This document shows, piece by piece, positions 1 to 9,603 of a stretch of 64,000 nucleotides of DNA (position 1 is the first letter of the stretch; the number at the start of each line of letters is the position of its first letter). Source of the DNA: Candidatus Bathyarchaeota archaeon (GTDB taxonomy: Archaea > Thermoproteota > Bathyarchaeia > Bathyarchaeales > Bathycorpusculaceae). Both the position numbers and the translations under genes were made by a program. The stretch is from positions 224,001 through 288,000 of the forward strand of contig OY970280.1 in assembly GCA_963715865.1 (NCBI GenBank), written 5' to 3'. The notes beneath the pieces are model-generated. The model was not told the DNA's origin, searched no databases, and was given only the letters and a program-made list of their open reading frames with translations.

Positions 1-17
1 CCCTAATGAGGTGATTC

Positions 18-155
18 TCAACTCTGGCGCAACTGTTCAATGGCATACTCAATAGCATGAGTTCGATTCGCGAATCTTTTCGTTTTAATTTGGGAATCAA
101 TCCATGTCAATAGTTCTTCGTCCAGAGCAACGGATGTTTTGATTTTTTTACCCAC
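18..155 (-). CDS. Ribbon-helix-helix (CopG/Arc-like) regulator, 45 aa, not in the ORF track
   Basis: Manual translation from GTG gives MGKKIKTSVALDEELLTWIDSQIKTKRFANRTHAIEYAIEQLRQS: a beta strand followed by two helices with an F-x-N-R-T-H-A-I pattern. Confidence 0.75.
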   Translation of the reverse strand: MGKKIKTSVALDEELLTWIDSQIKTKRFANRTHAIEYAIEQLRQS

Positions 156-236
156 TATACCGCCAAATACCCCATAGCACCAAAACACATAAATAAGTAT
201 CTTACCCTAATTCAGTATAATGGGGTATAATAGGGT

Positions 237-560
237 ATGACATTACAGAAAAATGCGCAATTCGCGGCGATTTACGTTTCCCAAGAAGCAAAACAAGAAG
301 TCAGCATCTCTAAGCAAGTAGAGGCTTGTCAGAATTTTCTTAGCGAAAAGGGCTTCATATTTTCAGGAGATCTTTTTCTAAAAAAAGAAGGGACTGACCA
401 TATTGATGAACTTGTAAGGGCTCGAGCACGGTCGCAAAGATTTGATTATTTGGCAAGTTATCTCTTATGCCCTAGCAAATCACCGGGCTTTTCTATAGGA
501 ATGATAGTCGGTTGGAATGTCCAAAACTTCCTAAGAAAGCCTATTCAAGCATTAAGGTGA
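237..560 (+). pseudogene. Degenerate resolvase/serine-recombinase N-terminal-like ORF
   Basis: AAIYVSQ...SISKQVEACQNF resembles the serine recombinase start (AAIYxRxS...SixxQ), but the catalytic R-x-S is missing and the ORF is short. Confidence 0.45.
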
Positions 561-567
561 CGAAAAA

Positions 568-1371
568 ATGGAGAAAAGACTCATTGAGAACACTGCAAAC
601 AGGAAAACATTCCAAATAATGAAAAAAGAAAATGATCAGCAAACAACTAACACTCGGACCGAAACATTAGCCCTCCTCGATTATGTCTGCGTTCAGATTG
701 CAGATCGATACGACCTTTTCTCAAAGGGTCAACCACGAAAAGCCGCAATAATAGAAGTGCTAGCAAGAAATACCTGCATTGCCTGCATAGACAAAGAACT
801 GCGAGCCAAAAGCTTCCAGCGTATTGACAACATGTACACGGAGCTTCACCAACTAGCTTGCAGCATGCTTGTTGAAGAGCTATATGACCAATTAGTCAAG
901 AATGGCCGCACCGTAACGATCACCACGGAAGAAAACATAAAATACGGAAAAATCGACGTTTTCATAATCCCTTCCAACTTTGGCCTCAGCTTACACTCAA
1001 ACCAAGTGGAAATTGCCGTTGAAGTCAAAACAGGTTTCTCCCTATCGCTTCCACAACTCCTCAGATACATGATTGACAACGACCGCCGATCGCTCATTTT
1101 ATGGCGAATAAGAAACGAACAGGTACTTCTCTTTGAAGGAACCGAAATCAAGCAATTACTTGTACAATTCACAAAAATGGTAATCTCCCGAGCCGACAGA
1201 CTCCTATCATCGCCTGAACCACAATGCAAGCATACTACCGAACGTAAAAGTTGGTCACCAAATCAACAGCAACTTCAAGAAACTTTTTCTGATTTTTCAA
1301 AAGGAATCACAAAGACCTTACCAATGATAATAGAAAAAGTGATAGCCAAACTGGAAATGGAGATGAATTAA
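568..1371 (+). CDS. Hypothetical protein with a PD-(D/E)XK nuclease-like motif
   Basis: 267 aa; YGKIDVFII...IAVEVKTG fits the D...(D/E)xK pattern. Confidence 0.5.
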   Translation: MEKRLIENTANRKTFQIMKKENDQQTTNTRTETLALLDYVCVQIADRYDLFSKGQPRKAAIIEVLARNTCIACIDKELRAKSFQRIDNMYTELHQLACSMLVEELYDQLVKNGRTVTITTEENIKYGKIDVFIIPSNFGLSLHSNQVEIAVEVKTGFSLSLPQLLRYMIDNDRRSLILWRIRNEQVLLFEGTEIKQLLVQFTKMVISRADRLLSSPEPQCKHTTERKSWSPNQQQLQETFSDFSKGITKTLPMIIEKVIAKLEMEMN

Positions 1372-1528
1372 CAACGACTAATCAAAGCTTAGACGACCAT
1401 GCTAATTCAGAAAACTCAATCATAACTACAACAGATAATCGCCAAACAAACACTTGCCGATCAGCTATCTTTATTCGCGTAGGGCAAACAAATGAGAAAA
1501 ACGCGTGCATGATTAGAGATGCTCTATT

Positions 1529-2476
1529 ATGAGAAATAAAGTGGAAAAGCCCAAAACCAAAAAGAAAAAGAATGCTGCCATCTACGCGAGGACGTCCTCG
1601 TTTAGCAAGTTTAGTTACAGCATTAAGGAACAAGTGAGCAGTTGTTGGAAATACTGTGAGGAACGGGGCTGGAACGTAAAATACGTTTTTGTTGACGAAG
1701 GAAAGAGTGGAGAAAATACTGAAAGACCGAAGTTTCAATTCATGCTTGAGCAGGCAAAGCAGGGAGAATTCGATGTGGTCATATCCTGGAAACTCGACCG
1801 CATTTGCCGATCATTAATCGACTTGGTAACTACGGAAAAAAACCTGCGAAAATTAGGGATAGGCCTCTGCAGCGCAACCGAGTACATAGACACAACCACA
1901 TCGCTTGGTCGATTCAATTTCCGAAACTTAGCATCATACTCTGAACTTGAAAGGGAAATAATCGGGGAAAGGTCAAAAATGGGCTTATACGCTCTTGCCA
2001 AGGAACATAAATGGCCAAACGCCAATCCACCATTAGGCTATAACAGAAGCAGCGATGGGTGCCTCCGCCCTAATGCTGCCGAAGTCAACTTAGTAAACAA
2101 AATCATCGGTTTATACGTGAAATCAAAGTCGTTTCCGCACACGGCATTCTTGCTGAACAAACAGGGAATAAAAACCAAGAAAGTTAAGGAATGGAACGCC
2201 CGGGCGGTACGAGACATCGTCACGAACCAACTGTATGTCGGAAGATTCAACGTCGCAGGATTCCAAGACTTCGTAAGAGAGTACAAAATCGTTGACACAA
2301 AACTCTTCAAAAAAGCAAATACGACCCGGACAAGATACACAAAAGGAAAAGCCAAAAGACCACCCATGCCAAAGGACAGAAAAACACTGAAAATAGAGAA
2401 AATCTTCAATCGATACACCGAACTCTTGGAACAGCCAGACCACACAAACGCTCCAACCATAACAATAAAACATTGA
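1529..2476 (+). CDS. Serine recombinase (resolvase plus recombinase domain)
   Basis: Motifs AAIYARTSS, DEGKSG, VISWKLDRICRS and ERE.I.ER, plus PPLGY. Confidence 0.9.
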   Translation: MRNKVEKPKTKKKKNAAIYARTSSFSKFSYSIKEQVSSCWKYCEERGWNVKYVFVDEGKSGENTERPKFQFMLEQAKQGEFDVVISWKLDRICRSLIDLVTTEKNLRKLGIGLCSATEYIDTTTSLGRFNFRNLASYSELEREIIGERSKMGLYALAKEHKWPNANPPLGYNRSSDGCLRPNAAEVNLVNKIIGLYVKSKSFPHTAFLLNKQGIKTKKVKEWNARAVRDIVTNQLYVGRFNVAGFQDFVREYKIVDTKLFKKANTTRTRYTKGKAKRPPMPKDRKTLKIEKIFNRYTELLEQPDHTNAPTITIKH

Positions 2477-2486
2477 GGAAGACCAA

Positions 2487-3338
2487 ATGACTCAACAAAA
2501 AGCGGCGGTGAAAACCACCCTCACAAAACTCATCAAATGCCCTAACTGTGGAAGCAAGCAACTGTCTCAATACGGCAAGAAAATGGTGTGCTCAAACTGC
2601 AGTTTCGTTATAGATCCAAACAGCACCAAAAACAGACCAAGGAAACGCATTAGGCAAAGCAGTCTCCAAATCAGCCAAGAAAATCCCTCAGTTCATTTGG
2701 ATCTTAGCGAAAAAAGCTCTAGAAAATGGCAAAAGTTGCTCAGAGTATCAGACTCAACCGAAGAGAGTTTAGCGACTGTCCTTCTCGAAATCACAAGAAT
2801 CAGCCAATGCATTTCTCTTCCAGAAGAGACGCTGAAACTCTCCCTAGGCGTTTACAAGACAATTATTCAAGCAAACCTGACAAAAAGAACCCCAGCAAAG
2901 GTGCTGGCAGCAACGATTATTTACATCGCGTGCAGACAAACCGGTATTGCACGATCACTAAACGAGATAGCACACATAGCAAACATCAGCGCTGGAAAAA
3001 TGCGACACACCCACAACACTCTAACCAAACAACTAACCTCAATGTCCAGACCAACAACGCCCAGCACGTACGTCAGAAAGCTATCAACCAGCCTCTTCGA
3101 ACAAGAAAAAACCATAGAGGCTGCAGAAAAAATCATGCAGTGCTTAAAAGACCAAAATTTCGTTCAAGGAAAAAATCCCGTCGGCTTAGCCGCTTCCGTC
3201 TGTTACATCGCCTCAATCCTAACTGGAGAAAAGAAAACACAACGAGAAATAGCCGAAATAGCTCGGGTAACCGAGGCAACATTGCGAACCAGGCACAAAC
3301 AGATTGCTAAGAGTCTTCTATTCAAGGTTTCATTTTAA
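2487..3338 (+). CDS. tfb: Transcription initiation factor IIB (TFB) family protein, element-encoded
   Basis: Zn ribbon CPNCG..VCSNC, two cyclin repeats (AATIIYIACR, GKNPVGLAAS) and C-terminal TQREIAEIARVTEATLR. Confidence 0.88.
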   Translation: MTQQKAAVKTTLTKLIKCPNCGSKQLSQYGKKMVCSNCSFVIDPNSTKNRPRKRIRQSSLQISQENPSVHLDLSEKSSRKWQKLLRVSDSTEESLATVLLEITRISQCISLPEETLKLSLGVYKTIIQANLTKRTPAKVLAATIIYIACRQTGIARSLNEIAHIANISAGKMRHTHNTLTKQLTSMSRPTTPSTYVRKLSTSLFEQEKTIEAAEKIMQCLKDQNFVQGKNPVGLAASVCYIASILTGEKKTQREIAEIARVTEATLRTRHKQIAKSLLFKVSF

Positions 3339-3383
3339 TCCGAAAGAATTGTAAAAAAAACAATTATCATTCGACAAGAGTAA

Positions 3384-4985
3384 TTATTTCTTTTCTTCTT
3401 CGCCTTCTATGCCTTCTTTTTTGCAGTTTTCCTTTAGCAAGCGTTCAATATCTGCGTCCTTCAGTTTCTTGCTAGTTCGTCTGAATTTCTTCAGCAGTTT
3501 AACTAGGGCGTGCACTTTTTCGTCACGTTTAAAGAACCATTCTCTGATTTTTTGAAGCTCAGTCATCTTTACAGGGTTGAGGTGGCTTCCATCTCGAGGA
3601 CAGATGTAATCAGAGCCACCGTTGCCCTTCATCACGCCTTTGCAACGTGGACAGAGGACAGCTACATTAGGCAGAAAATCCAATACCTCAGGGCCAAAAG
3701 CTTCCACAAGTTCTTCCAGAGGTTTCTTGCGAGGCGAGTAGTTTGCATATTTTTCTTTGATTATTATTTGCACCTTTTCGAACGTAGCTTCGGTGATGTA
3801 AGCTAAACGAACGTCGGGAACGAACACTTTTCCAAATTTTTTCTCGACAACGTCGCCAGAGAATTGCGGCTTTCCAAAGTAAACAGGGTTCTCCAAAATC
3901 TGTCTAACCTGTTGTCGCGTTAATGGGGTCACCAGAAAATTTCTAAACTGATCATTAACGATACTCGTAACAAGGGCATAGTTTCCATATTTGATGAAGA
4001 GCGTAAATATCTGGCTTATTACAGGATCCCAACCAGGCGTTTTTTCTATCCAATGGCGTTTCTTTTGGTAGCCTATGGGATAGTCAAGATTCCATCGACG
4101 ATGCTGAAAAGCTTGAACTTTGGACCTTAGAGCATAATAGCCCCTGTTGTCATTTTGTTCCTCGGCGCCGAAGGCTTTCGCGGTGGTAATTATAAAATCC
4201 CCAATCTTCTTCAAATCAAGTTCCCCGTTAGGAGTAACGATTACTACACCATAACCCCTGAGCTGCAACAAGAAACCAAGCAGATTAAGTGACTTCCTAC
4301 CGACCCTATCAATTTCCGAAACAATCAATTTATCTATTTTCCCTACTGCGGCTAATGCAAGAATGGTGCTCAGCTTTCTGCCGCTGAAGTCTCTACCGCT
4401 CTTACCTGCATCTACAAGCCAAATGATACGAGCTGCTCCCATTCGCTTAGCCATTGCACGCAGTTCATTTTCCTGTGCCTCAAGGCTATCTCCTTCAACA
4501 GCCTGTCTAACAGTGCTGACTCGCAAGTATGCAACTACCGTGATTCCCGTTCTTGCAATAACTTCTATCCAGTCTATAGCTGGATAGAGAAACAGCAGAA
4601 TATCGTCTTTTCCCTTTCCTTTTCTCTTCTTTGGCTTTTTAGGCTCTTCTTTGTCCTTTTCGTCCTCATTAGAATCACCATTTGGCTCTACATCACGTGT
4701 GGGTTTATTGGAAGTCAGTCCAACGAATAGTACGGAGAACAAAGGTGAAAGAATCGCACTGCTCGATGGTAAAACATGGAAATTTGCAGCAAAAATACCC
4801 GGTAATGCAAACCATGATGCGGCAGATCCAATATAAAGAAGCCCATCGGAGAGGGTGCTTAGATTAACAACTTTTCCATAAGTTTTTAAGGATTTCATGA
4901 TGCGGGTAGGCAAGACCTGCCGCCACATGTTTTTCATATGGACTTTGCGCAAAGTTCTTATTGCATATGGAAGAAAAATGGTCAA
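3384..4985 (-). CDS. Large serine recombinase with Zn ribbon and a long N-terminal extension (true start uncertain)
   Basis: Motifs VVAYLRVST, DAGKSG, VSEIDRVGR, YPIGY, and CPRC..CPRD. Confidence 0.85.
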   Translation of the reverse strand: MTIFLPYAIRTLRKVHMKNMWRQVLPTRIMKSLKTYGKVVNLSTLSDGLLYIGSAASWFALPGIFAANFHVLPSSSAILSPLFSVLFVGLTSNKPTRDVEPNGDSNEDEKDKEEPKKPKKRKGKGKDDILLFLYPAIDWIEVIARTGITVVAYLRVSTVRQAVEGDSLEAQENELRAMAKRMGAARIIWLVDAGKSGRDFSGRKLSTILALAAVGKIDKLIVSEIDRVGRKSLNLLGFLLQLRGYGVVIVTPNGELDLKKIGDFIITTAKAFGAEEQNDNRGYYALRSKVQAFQHRRWNLDYPIGYQKKRHWIEKTPGWDPVISQIFTLFIKYGNYALVTSIVNDQFRNFLVTPLTRQQVRQILENPVYFGKPQFSGDVVEKKFGKVFVPDVRLAYITEATFEKVQIIIKEKYANYSPRKKPLEELVEAFGPEVLDFLPNVAVLCPRCKGVMKGNGGSDYICPRDGSHLNPVKMTELQKIREWFFKRDEKVHALVKLLKKFRRTSKKLKDADIERLLKENCKKEGIEGEEEKK

Positions 4986-5338
4986 TTCTTAATTCTCCTT
5001 GACAACTTTAGCCATACGCCGACTTTCGCGAAAAACTCCGCCTGCTCGAGAAAATCCTGTTCCGTTACAATCACCTCGTATATTGCAGAATCTTTATGGT
5101 AATTGGCGGAAACGAATGTCTTAAGGGGGCGAATGTCAATTGTAGCGTTGTTCTCACAAGTGTTTCGAGGACTGCATGTTTCAGCGATGTCGGCACTCTG
5201 AAGCTTTTGATTTTGGGTTAGCGAAAAAGCTTTGGTTGCACGGGATTTGTCAACTTTTCTCGTTTCTTTAAGCACTTTTGCTGCCGTGGTTATTTCTGAT
5301 GGGTTGATTGTTGGAACTTTGTTCAAATTACTCAGCAA
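4982..5338 (-). CDS. Hypothetical protein
   Basis: 118-aa ORF that overlaps the recombinase start by 4 bp. Confidence 0.6.
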   Translation of the reverse strand: MLSNLNKVPTINPSEITTAAKVLKETRKVDKSRATKAFSLTQNQKLQSADIAETCSPRNTCENNATIDIRPLKTFVSANYHKDSAIYEVIVTEQDFLEQAEFFAKVGVWLKLSRRIKN

Positions 5339-5402
5339 GAATATAACGAAGGGGCGGAAGTGATAAAAAGAATCATGCGCATGTAACTATAGATGATTCC
5401 GA

Positions 5403-5786
5403 ATGAGCTTGGGTGGTAGACCAAAAATAGGAAGTGGCCATGAACCTCTTAATATATCGATAGAATCGGGTATACTTAAAAAACTTGAGAAAGTACCAAA
5501 CAAGTCTGATTTTATCGAGAAATCAATCATTCCACTTCTAAACCAATTAGATCCAGGTCCTTCATGCGCTTTTTTAAATGCCGTTGACAACATAGCCCAG
5601 CAAGAGCTTCATAAGGCAACAATAAAAAAAGACTATGAGAAGATTTCGACGATCGGATCAATGATGGCTTCATGGGGGGACTACCGATTGCTTTGCGTAG
5701 AAAATAGAGCAGAAGGTAATGGTACTTGCCCGCTCCCCAAAAAGTTAGAGGGCCTCAGTACATGTCTAACCGGTTCTAATGAGTAG
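5403..5786 (+). CDS. Hypothetical protein with an RHH-like N-terminus
   Basis: GRPK...NISIESGILKKLEKVPNKSDFIEKSI resembles an RHH fold. Confidence 0.55.
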   Translation: MSLGGRPKIGSGHEPLNISIESGILKKLEKVPNKSDFIEKSIIPLLNQLDPGPSCAFLNAVDNIAQQELHKATIKKDYEKISTIGSMMASWGDYRLLCVENRAEGNGTCPLPKKLEGLSTCLTGSNE

Positions 5787-6077
5787 GCTCATGGCTAAAT
5801 ATATGGTGAGTGTTCTCCTTGGTTAGCTAGCATATGCTATTAATTCCTAACTTCAAGTGCATATGTTCGTTTTGCGCATCCGCAGGTAATGGCAACAAAA
5901 AAAGAAAGCGGTGGCAAGCGGCCACAACGGCAGATAGCTTGGCAGCTGCGCATTGGTACTTTTTTCCTCTTTGGGTGAAAAAATAAGTTTGTTATCATAT
6001 GTTGTCCGTTATCAATATCTTTGACTGATCAGCCCTGCGAAAATTGGAATGAGCTAAGCACGAACGAAGACCTCTGA

Positions 6078-7367
6078 TTAGCCTAAAGGGTTTGAGTTCA
6101 TTCTAATAACAACTTTGTTGTCGGAAAGTTTCGCAACATACTCCCATCCCTTAGCCAGGTAATCATTTGCCTCATCTACTGTGACTACCTTCTGCTTAGC
6201 GCCATTCGTTGTCTGCATGCTTATAGGTTTCTTCCTTAGAATTTCATGAAATTCCTCGTCGCTTAATGCGGGCAAGTCCATCTTTTCGATTTCATTCTGT
6301 TTGAAACCTGCCACCAGTAGAAGTTGTTTTCTGAGGGCCTGAGCCAGCTTTTCCTCGCTTGTTTCCTTGCTCTTTGTGGTTTGTAGATATTCCTGGCTTC
6401 TTTCGTAGGCTTGACGCATGTCAGTGATTACGCTTTCCGGAAGCCTACGCTTGTTAGTAGTGTACCTATTCTCGATGTCGCCCTTGTGGCCCATCCAGAA
6501 CTGCCTGTAATCTCTTAGGACCATACCTTTCGATTCTGCTAGCATCAACTGCGTGTCAAAGTAAGACCTTAAAACGTAGGGTCTCCACCGAAAACCAGCC
6601 TGCCTAATGGCACCTCTCATTATGTCACCTATGTTGATTGTTCTAATGAAAGGCTTTTTTCTCTGCTTAGGCGTAATTATCGGAGAAGCGGAAGTTAGGT
6701 CTTCTCCCTCTCTCATTCTCTCTTCCAAGTAGTCCTTAAGGTACTCGCAGCCTTCCTCGCTGAGAAACGTGAAATACTGGTGTCTCGCCTTGCTGAGCTC
6801 ATTCCGAACAATGACGAGCGCAGGCACATTGGAAAAAGCAACGCTACTGCCTTCAATCTTGAGCTCGGGCAAGTCTCCGATTCTCAAGCCATCTTGGCCC
6901 ATATAATCGCCCAAAGCCTGCAAGCGTAACCCGCTGTGAGCAACAAACACGCACGCTGTTCTGGCCTTTGAGTCACCTGACAGAAATATTCGTTTCAGCT
7001 CGTTGAGCGTTGGGACTCGCTCATCCTTGAGCGTTGGGGTCTCGTCGACTCCTTTGATTTTTATCTTGACTTTTAATTCCCTGTTATTGTGCGCGAGCCA
7101 GGACTTTAGGGCTTTAATTGTTGAACTTATGTAGTTTCCTGCGTAGCCTTTCTTTTCCGCCGCTGAAACGTAGTCCATCAGCATGTTGTCCAATTCACGC
7201 TCTGACAGAGAAGCAAATTCTCTAGGAGTGACTTTGTTTGATTCGCAAAAACTTCCAAGCCGACGCAGACACACATCGGCAGTAATTCTGGAACCTCGCG
7301 CAGTGTTTTCATACCAACGTCTGACATCTGGATCTTCAAACAAATAAGCATACTTCGCGCGTCTCAT
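6078..7367 (-). CDS. Tyrosine recombinase/integrase
   Basis: Catalytic-type motifs HSGLR, YVLRSYF, WMGH and RY; adjacent to the tRNA. Confidence 0.9.
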   Translation of the reverse strand: MRRAKYAYLFEDPDVRRWYENTARGSRITADVCLRRLGSFCESNKVTPREFASLSERELDNMLMDYVSAAEKKGYAGNYISSTIKALKSWLAHNNRELKVKIKIKGVDETPTLKDERVPTLNELKRIFLSGDSKARTACVFVAHSGLRLQALGDYMGQDGLRIGDLPELKIEGSSVAFSNVPALVIVRNELSKARHQYFTFLSEEGCEYLKDYLEERMREGEDLTSASPIITPKQRKKPFIRTINIGDIMRGAIRQAGFRWRPYVLRSYFDTQLMLAESKGMVLRDYRQFWMGHKGDIENRYTTNKRRLPESVITDMRQAYERSQEYLQTTKSKETSEEKLAQALRKQLLLVAGFKQNEIEKMDLPALSDEEFHEILRKKPISMQTTNGAKQKVVTVDEANDYLAKGWEYVAKLSDNKVVIRMNSNPLG

Positions 7368-7424
7368 ATATCAGAGTTATCCATTTTCGTTTATAAGCCT
7401 AACGGTGGTTCTGAACCCAAAAGA

Positions 7425-7502
7425 TGGTGGGGCTGGAGAGATTTGAACTCTCGTCTATAGCGCCCGAGGCTACAAGCCTAGACCAAGCTAGCCGACAGCC
7501 CC
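7425..7502 (-). tRNA. tRNA-Pro(CGG) with encoded CCA
   Basis: Reverse complement is GGGGCTG...GTAGC-CT CGG GC-GCTAT...GAGAG TTCAAAT CTCTC CAGCCCC A CCA; acceptor, anticodon and T stems pair. Confidence 0.95.
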
Positions 7503-7611
7503 CTTCCAGATTGGTTTGGCAGCTATTTTTTGCGGGTTCATAAAATAATGTTGGCTTAGGCTTTAAACTTTAACGGTTAACAATATCATAGTCGTTATTG
7601 AAGAAAAATGG

Positions 7612-8226
7612 TTAAGCCGTTTCATCGGTTGCCGCAGTCTCAGTTGGTGAGGTTGCAGTTGCAGGTTCTGTTTTTGGGGCTTTGGCGACTCGCCTATGGT
7701 ACAATCTTGCGGCTATGCACAATGCGGCTGCTACTATTGCCAGCCAGAAGGGCAATTGAAAACTTCCTGAAACTAAAACGCTAATGCTAGCACCCATAGG
7801 GAGGAATTGTGTCGGCAACATTAGGTTTTTTGAACCGATAAGTGGAATGCTCATGCCAAGCAATCCAGCAATTGATGTTATTACTAGTAGACCAGCCACA
7901 AAAGTTATCAACACATATAATGGCTTCTTGTACGAAAAGCCAAGCAAATGTTTAGAGTAAGATTTAGTCGGAATAAACGAGTAAATCAGCATTACTATAC
8001 CACTGGCAGTAAACGTTAGTATGCTTACAAGGTTCAACGCCCAAATCAACGGTATCGTGAACTGTGTACCAAGTAAACCAAAATTTGTGTTAACGGGAGA
8101 AGCATTAACTTCCATAAGGTTTTCGCCAACCGTTAACTGCCACCAAGGGACATACAAAGAAATAACAAGCACTATTAAAGTGATAATTCCAGCAGCAAGA
8201 CCAAACCAGTTTATTTTCCGATTCAT
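7612..8226 (-). CDS. Hypothetical multi-pass membrane protein
   Basis: Four hydrophobic segments; overlaps the upstream gene by 4 bp. Confidence 0.75.
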   Translation of the reverse strand: MNRKINWFGLAAGIITLIVLVISLYVPWWQLTVGENLMEVNASPVNTNFGLLGTQFTIPLIWALNLVSILTFTASGIVMLIYSFIPTKSYSKHLLGFSYKKPLYVLITFVAGLLVITSIAGLLGMSIPLIGSKNLMLPTQFLPMGASISVLVSGSFQLPFWLAIVAAALCIAARLYHRRVAKAPKTEPATATSPTETAATDETA

Positions 8227-8762
8227 CCTGTTCCCCCTGGCAACGGAATCGACCCAGCATCAAGCTCGTCCAAATGCACCTTGATGCCTCCAACAACAAC
8301 ATTCACGTTTTCAAGGGCAACGTTGATATTACTACTTCCTGAATATTGAGCTTTAAGTTGATTTATTGCATCTTGACTCAGGCTTCCAGTAGCGTTTATG
8401 ATAGCATTTTCACCGGGACTAATCTTGATTGGTTGATCTATTGATATGTTGCCTAACAGGGCATTATTGTCTTTACATTTTATCTCTGCTGATAGTTGAT
8501 CGATTGAAATTTCATTTGTCAATGGGTTAGTAAAGTTGAAGGATAAACTAAGTGCTCCAGTATCTGGATTATATTGTGGCTCGCTTGCAAGGGCTGGCGG
8601 TTGAAACTGTGACTCAGTAAAATTGCCATTCACCAAACTGTTAACTTGGGGAGGAACCACTAAACCAAGCAAGTTATCCCGGTAAGCAAACACTACACCA
8701 GCGATAGGACCTACAATAATTACTATTGAAAGTACCGTTAAAGCTATCTTTACTTTATCCAT
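8223..8762 (-). CDS. Hypothetical membrane-anchored protein
   Basis: N-terminal TM segment followed by a beta-rich domain. Confidence 0.75.
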   Translation of the reverse strand: MDKVKIALTVLSIVIIVGPIAGVVFAYRDNLLGLVVPPQVNSLVNGNFTESQFQPPALASEPQYNPDTGALSLSFNFTNPLTNEISIDQLSAEIKCKDNNALLGNISIDQPIKISPGENAIINATGSLSQDAINQLKAQYSGSSNINVALENVNVVVGGIKVHLDELDAGSIPLPGGTG

Positions 8763-8835
8763 ACCAGTCGCATTGTTGTTAGTTGCTGTTACTGCTTTTA
8801 ATTTTTTTGTATATTATCAGAATCTGAAATTAAAG

Positions 8836-9567
8836 CTAAGGTTCTAAACACGTTTTATCCTTGTAAGGTGTACTTAAAACCTCTTTCACTTTATTGGTTA
8901 TCACGGGCCCAAGACCGTGCACAGCTTTCGACCAGTCATCCACATTGATTAATGCGTTTAACGGTGTTTGATAAGAATCCAGTATGGCTGTGGCTTTTTC
9001 TCTTCCAACATTAGGCAAACTAGCAATAAAATAAACTTGAGCATCAGATAGGGTTTCGCATTTTTTGAAGGCATGCACCACTGGGCTTCTTTTCTCAACA
9101 ATTTGCTCCTGCCGAGCCGCTACATAAAGGAAATCAATGGTTTCTTTGTACGATGCCGTGTTAACTAATGCAATTCCGTTTTTTGCTAAATTAAACATTG
9201 CTCCCCAAATTGCGCTGGGCTGGACATGGCTGAACTTGTAGATTATGGGCAGGTAACCCTCAAGTATGATAAGCGATTTCGGATAAGCGTCTTTAAGTCT
9301 GAAAAGCTGCTCGAAAAGGTACCGCCTAGTTAGGGTATAAACAAAATCTTGAACAGTTTTACGTTCCACCGCACACTGGTCAGAGAGAATGTAGTCGCCT
9401 TTCTCTAATAATTCAGTTTTTACGTTGACTCCTCTTTCAATTAAGCCTTTAACAATCTTTTCTGCGCTACTTGCTTCTCGGCTATCCACTATTATGGTGG
9501 GTTCTTCGCCGTTCTTCTTTTTTTCATTCATGAAGGGAATTAACGTTTCAGTTCCAGACATAACCAT
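8836..9567 (-). CDS. ERCC4-domain (XPF/Hef-type) nuclease with HhH motifs
   Basis: IIVDSRE, GDY, VERKT..DF motifs; C-terminal LPNVGREKA and GLGP. Confidence 0.9.
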   Translation of the reverse strand: MVMSGTETLIPFMNEKKKNGEEPTIIVDSREASSAEKIVKGLIERGVNVKTELLEKGDYILSDQCAVERKTVQDFVYTLTRRYLFEQLFRLKDAYPKSLIILEGYLPIIYKFSHVQPSAIWGAMFNLAKNGIALVNTASYKETIDFLYVAARQEQIVEKRSPVVHAFKKCETLSDAQVYFIASLPNVGREKATAILDSYQTPLNALINVDDWSKAVHGLGPVITNKVKEVLSTPYKDKTCLEP

Positions 9568-9603
9568 AACCCTACAGTTTCGGTTACGTTTTCCATGTTT
9601 ATG

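Larger units (their letters stand above)
1..7424. mobile_element. Right end of an integrated element (provirus or integrative plasmid) at tRNA-Pro; left boundary lies outside the window
   Basis: A tyrosine integrase starts 57 bp from the tRNA CCA end. The cargo is serine recombinases, RHH regulators, TFB and hypothetical proteins. No second att copy was seen in the window. Confidence 0.8.

Noticed and set aside
1-7424. Second att site (repeat of the tRNA-Pro 3' end)
   Set aside because: Not seen in the window; it is presumably further left.
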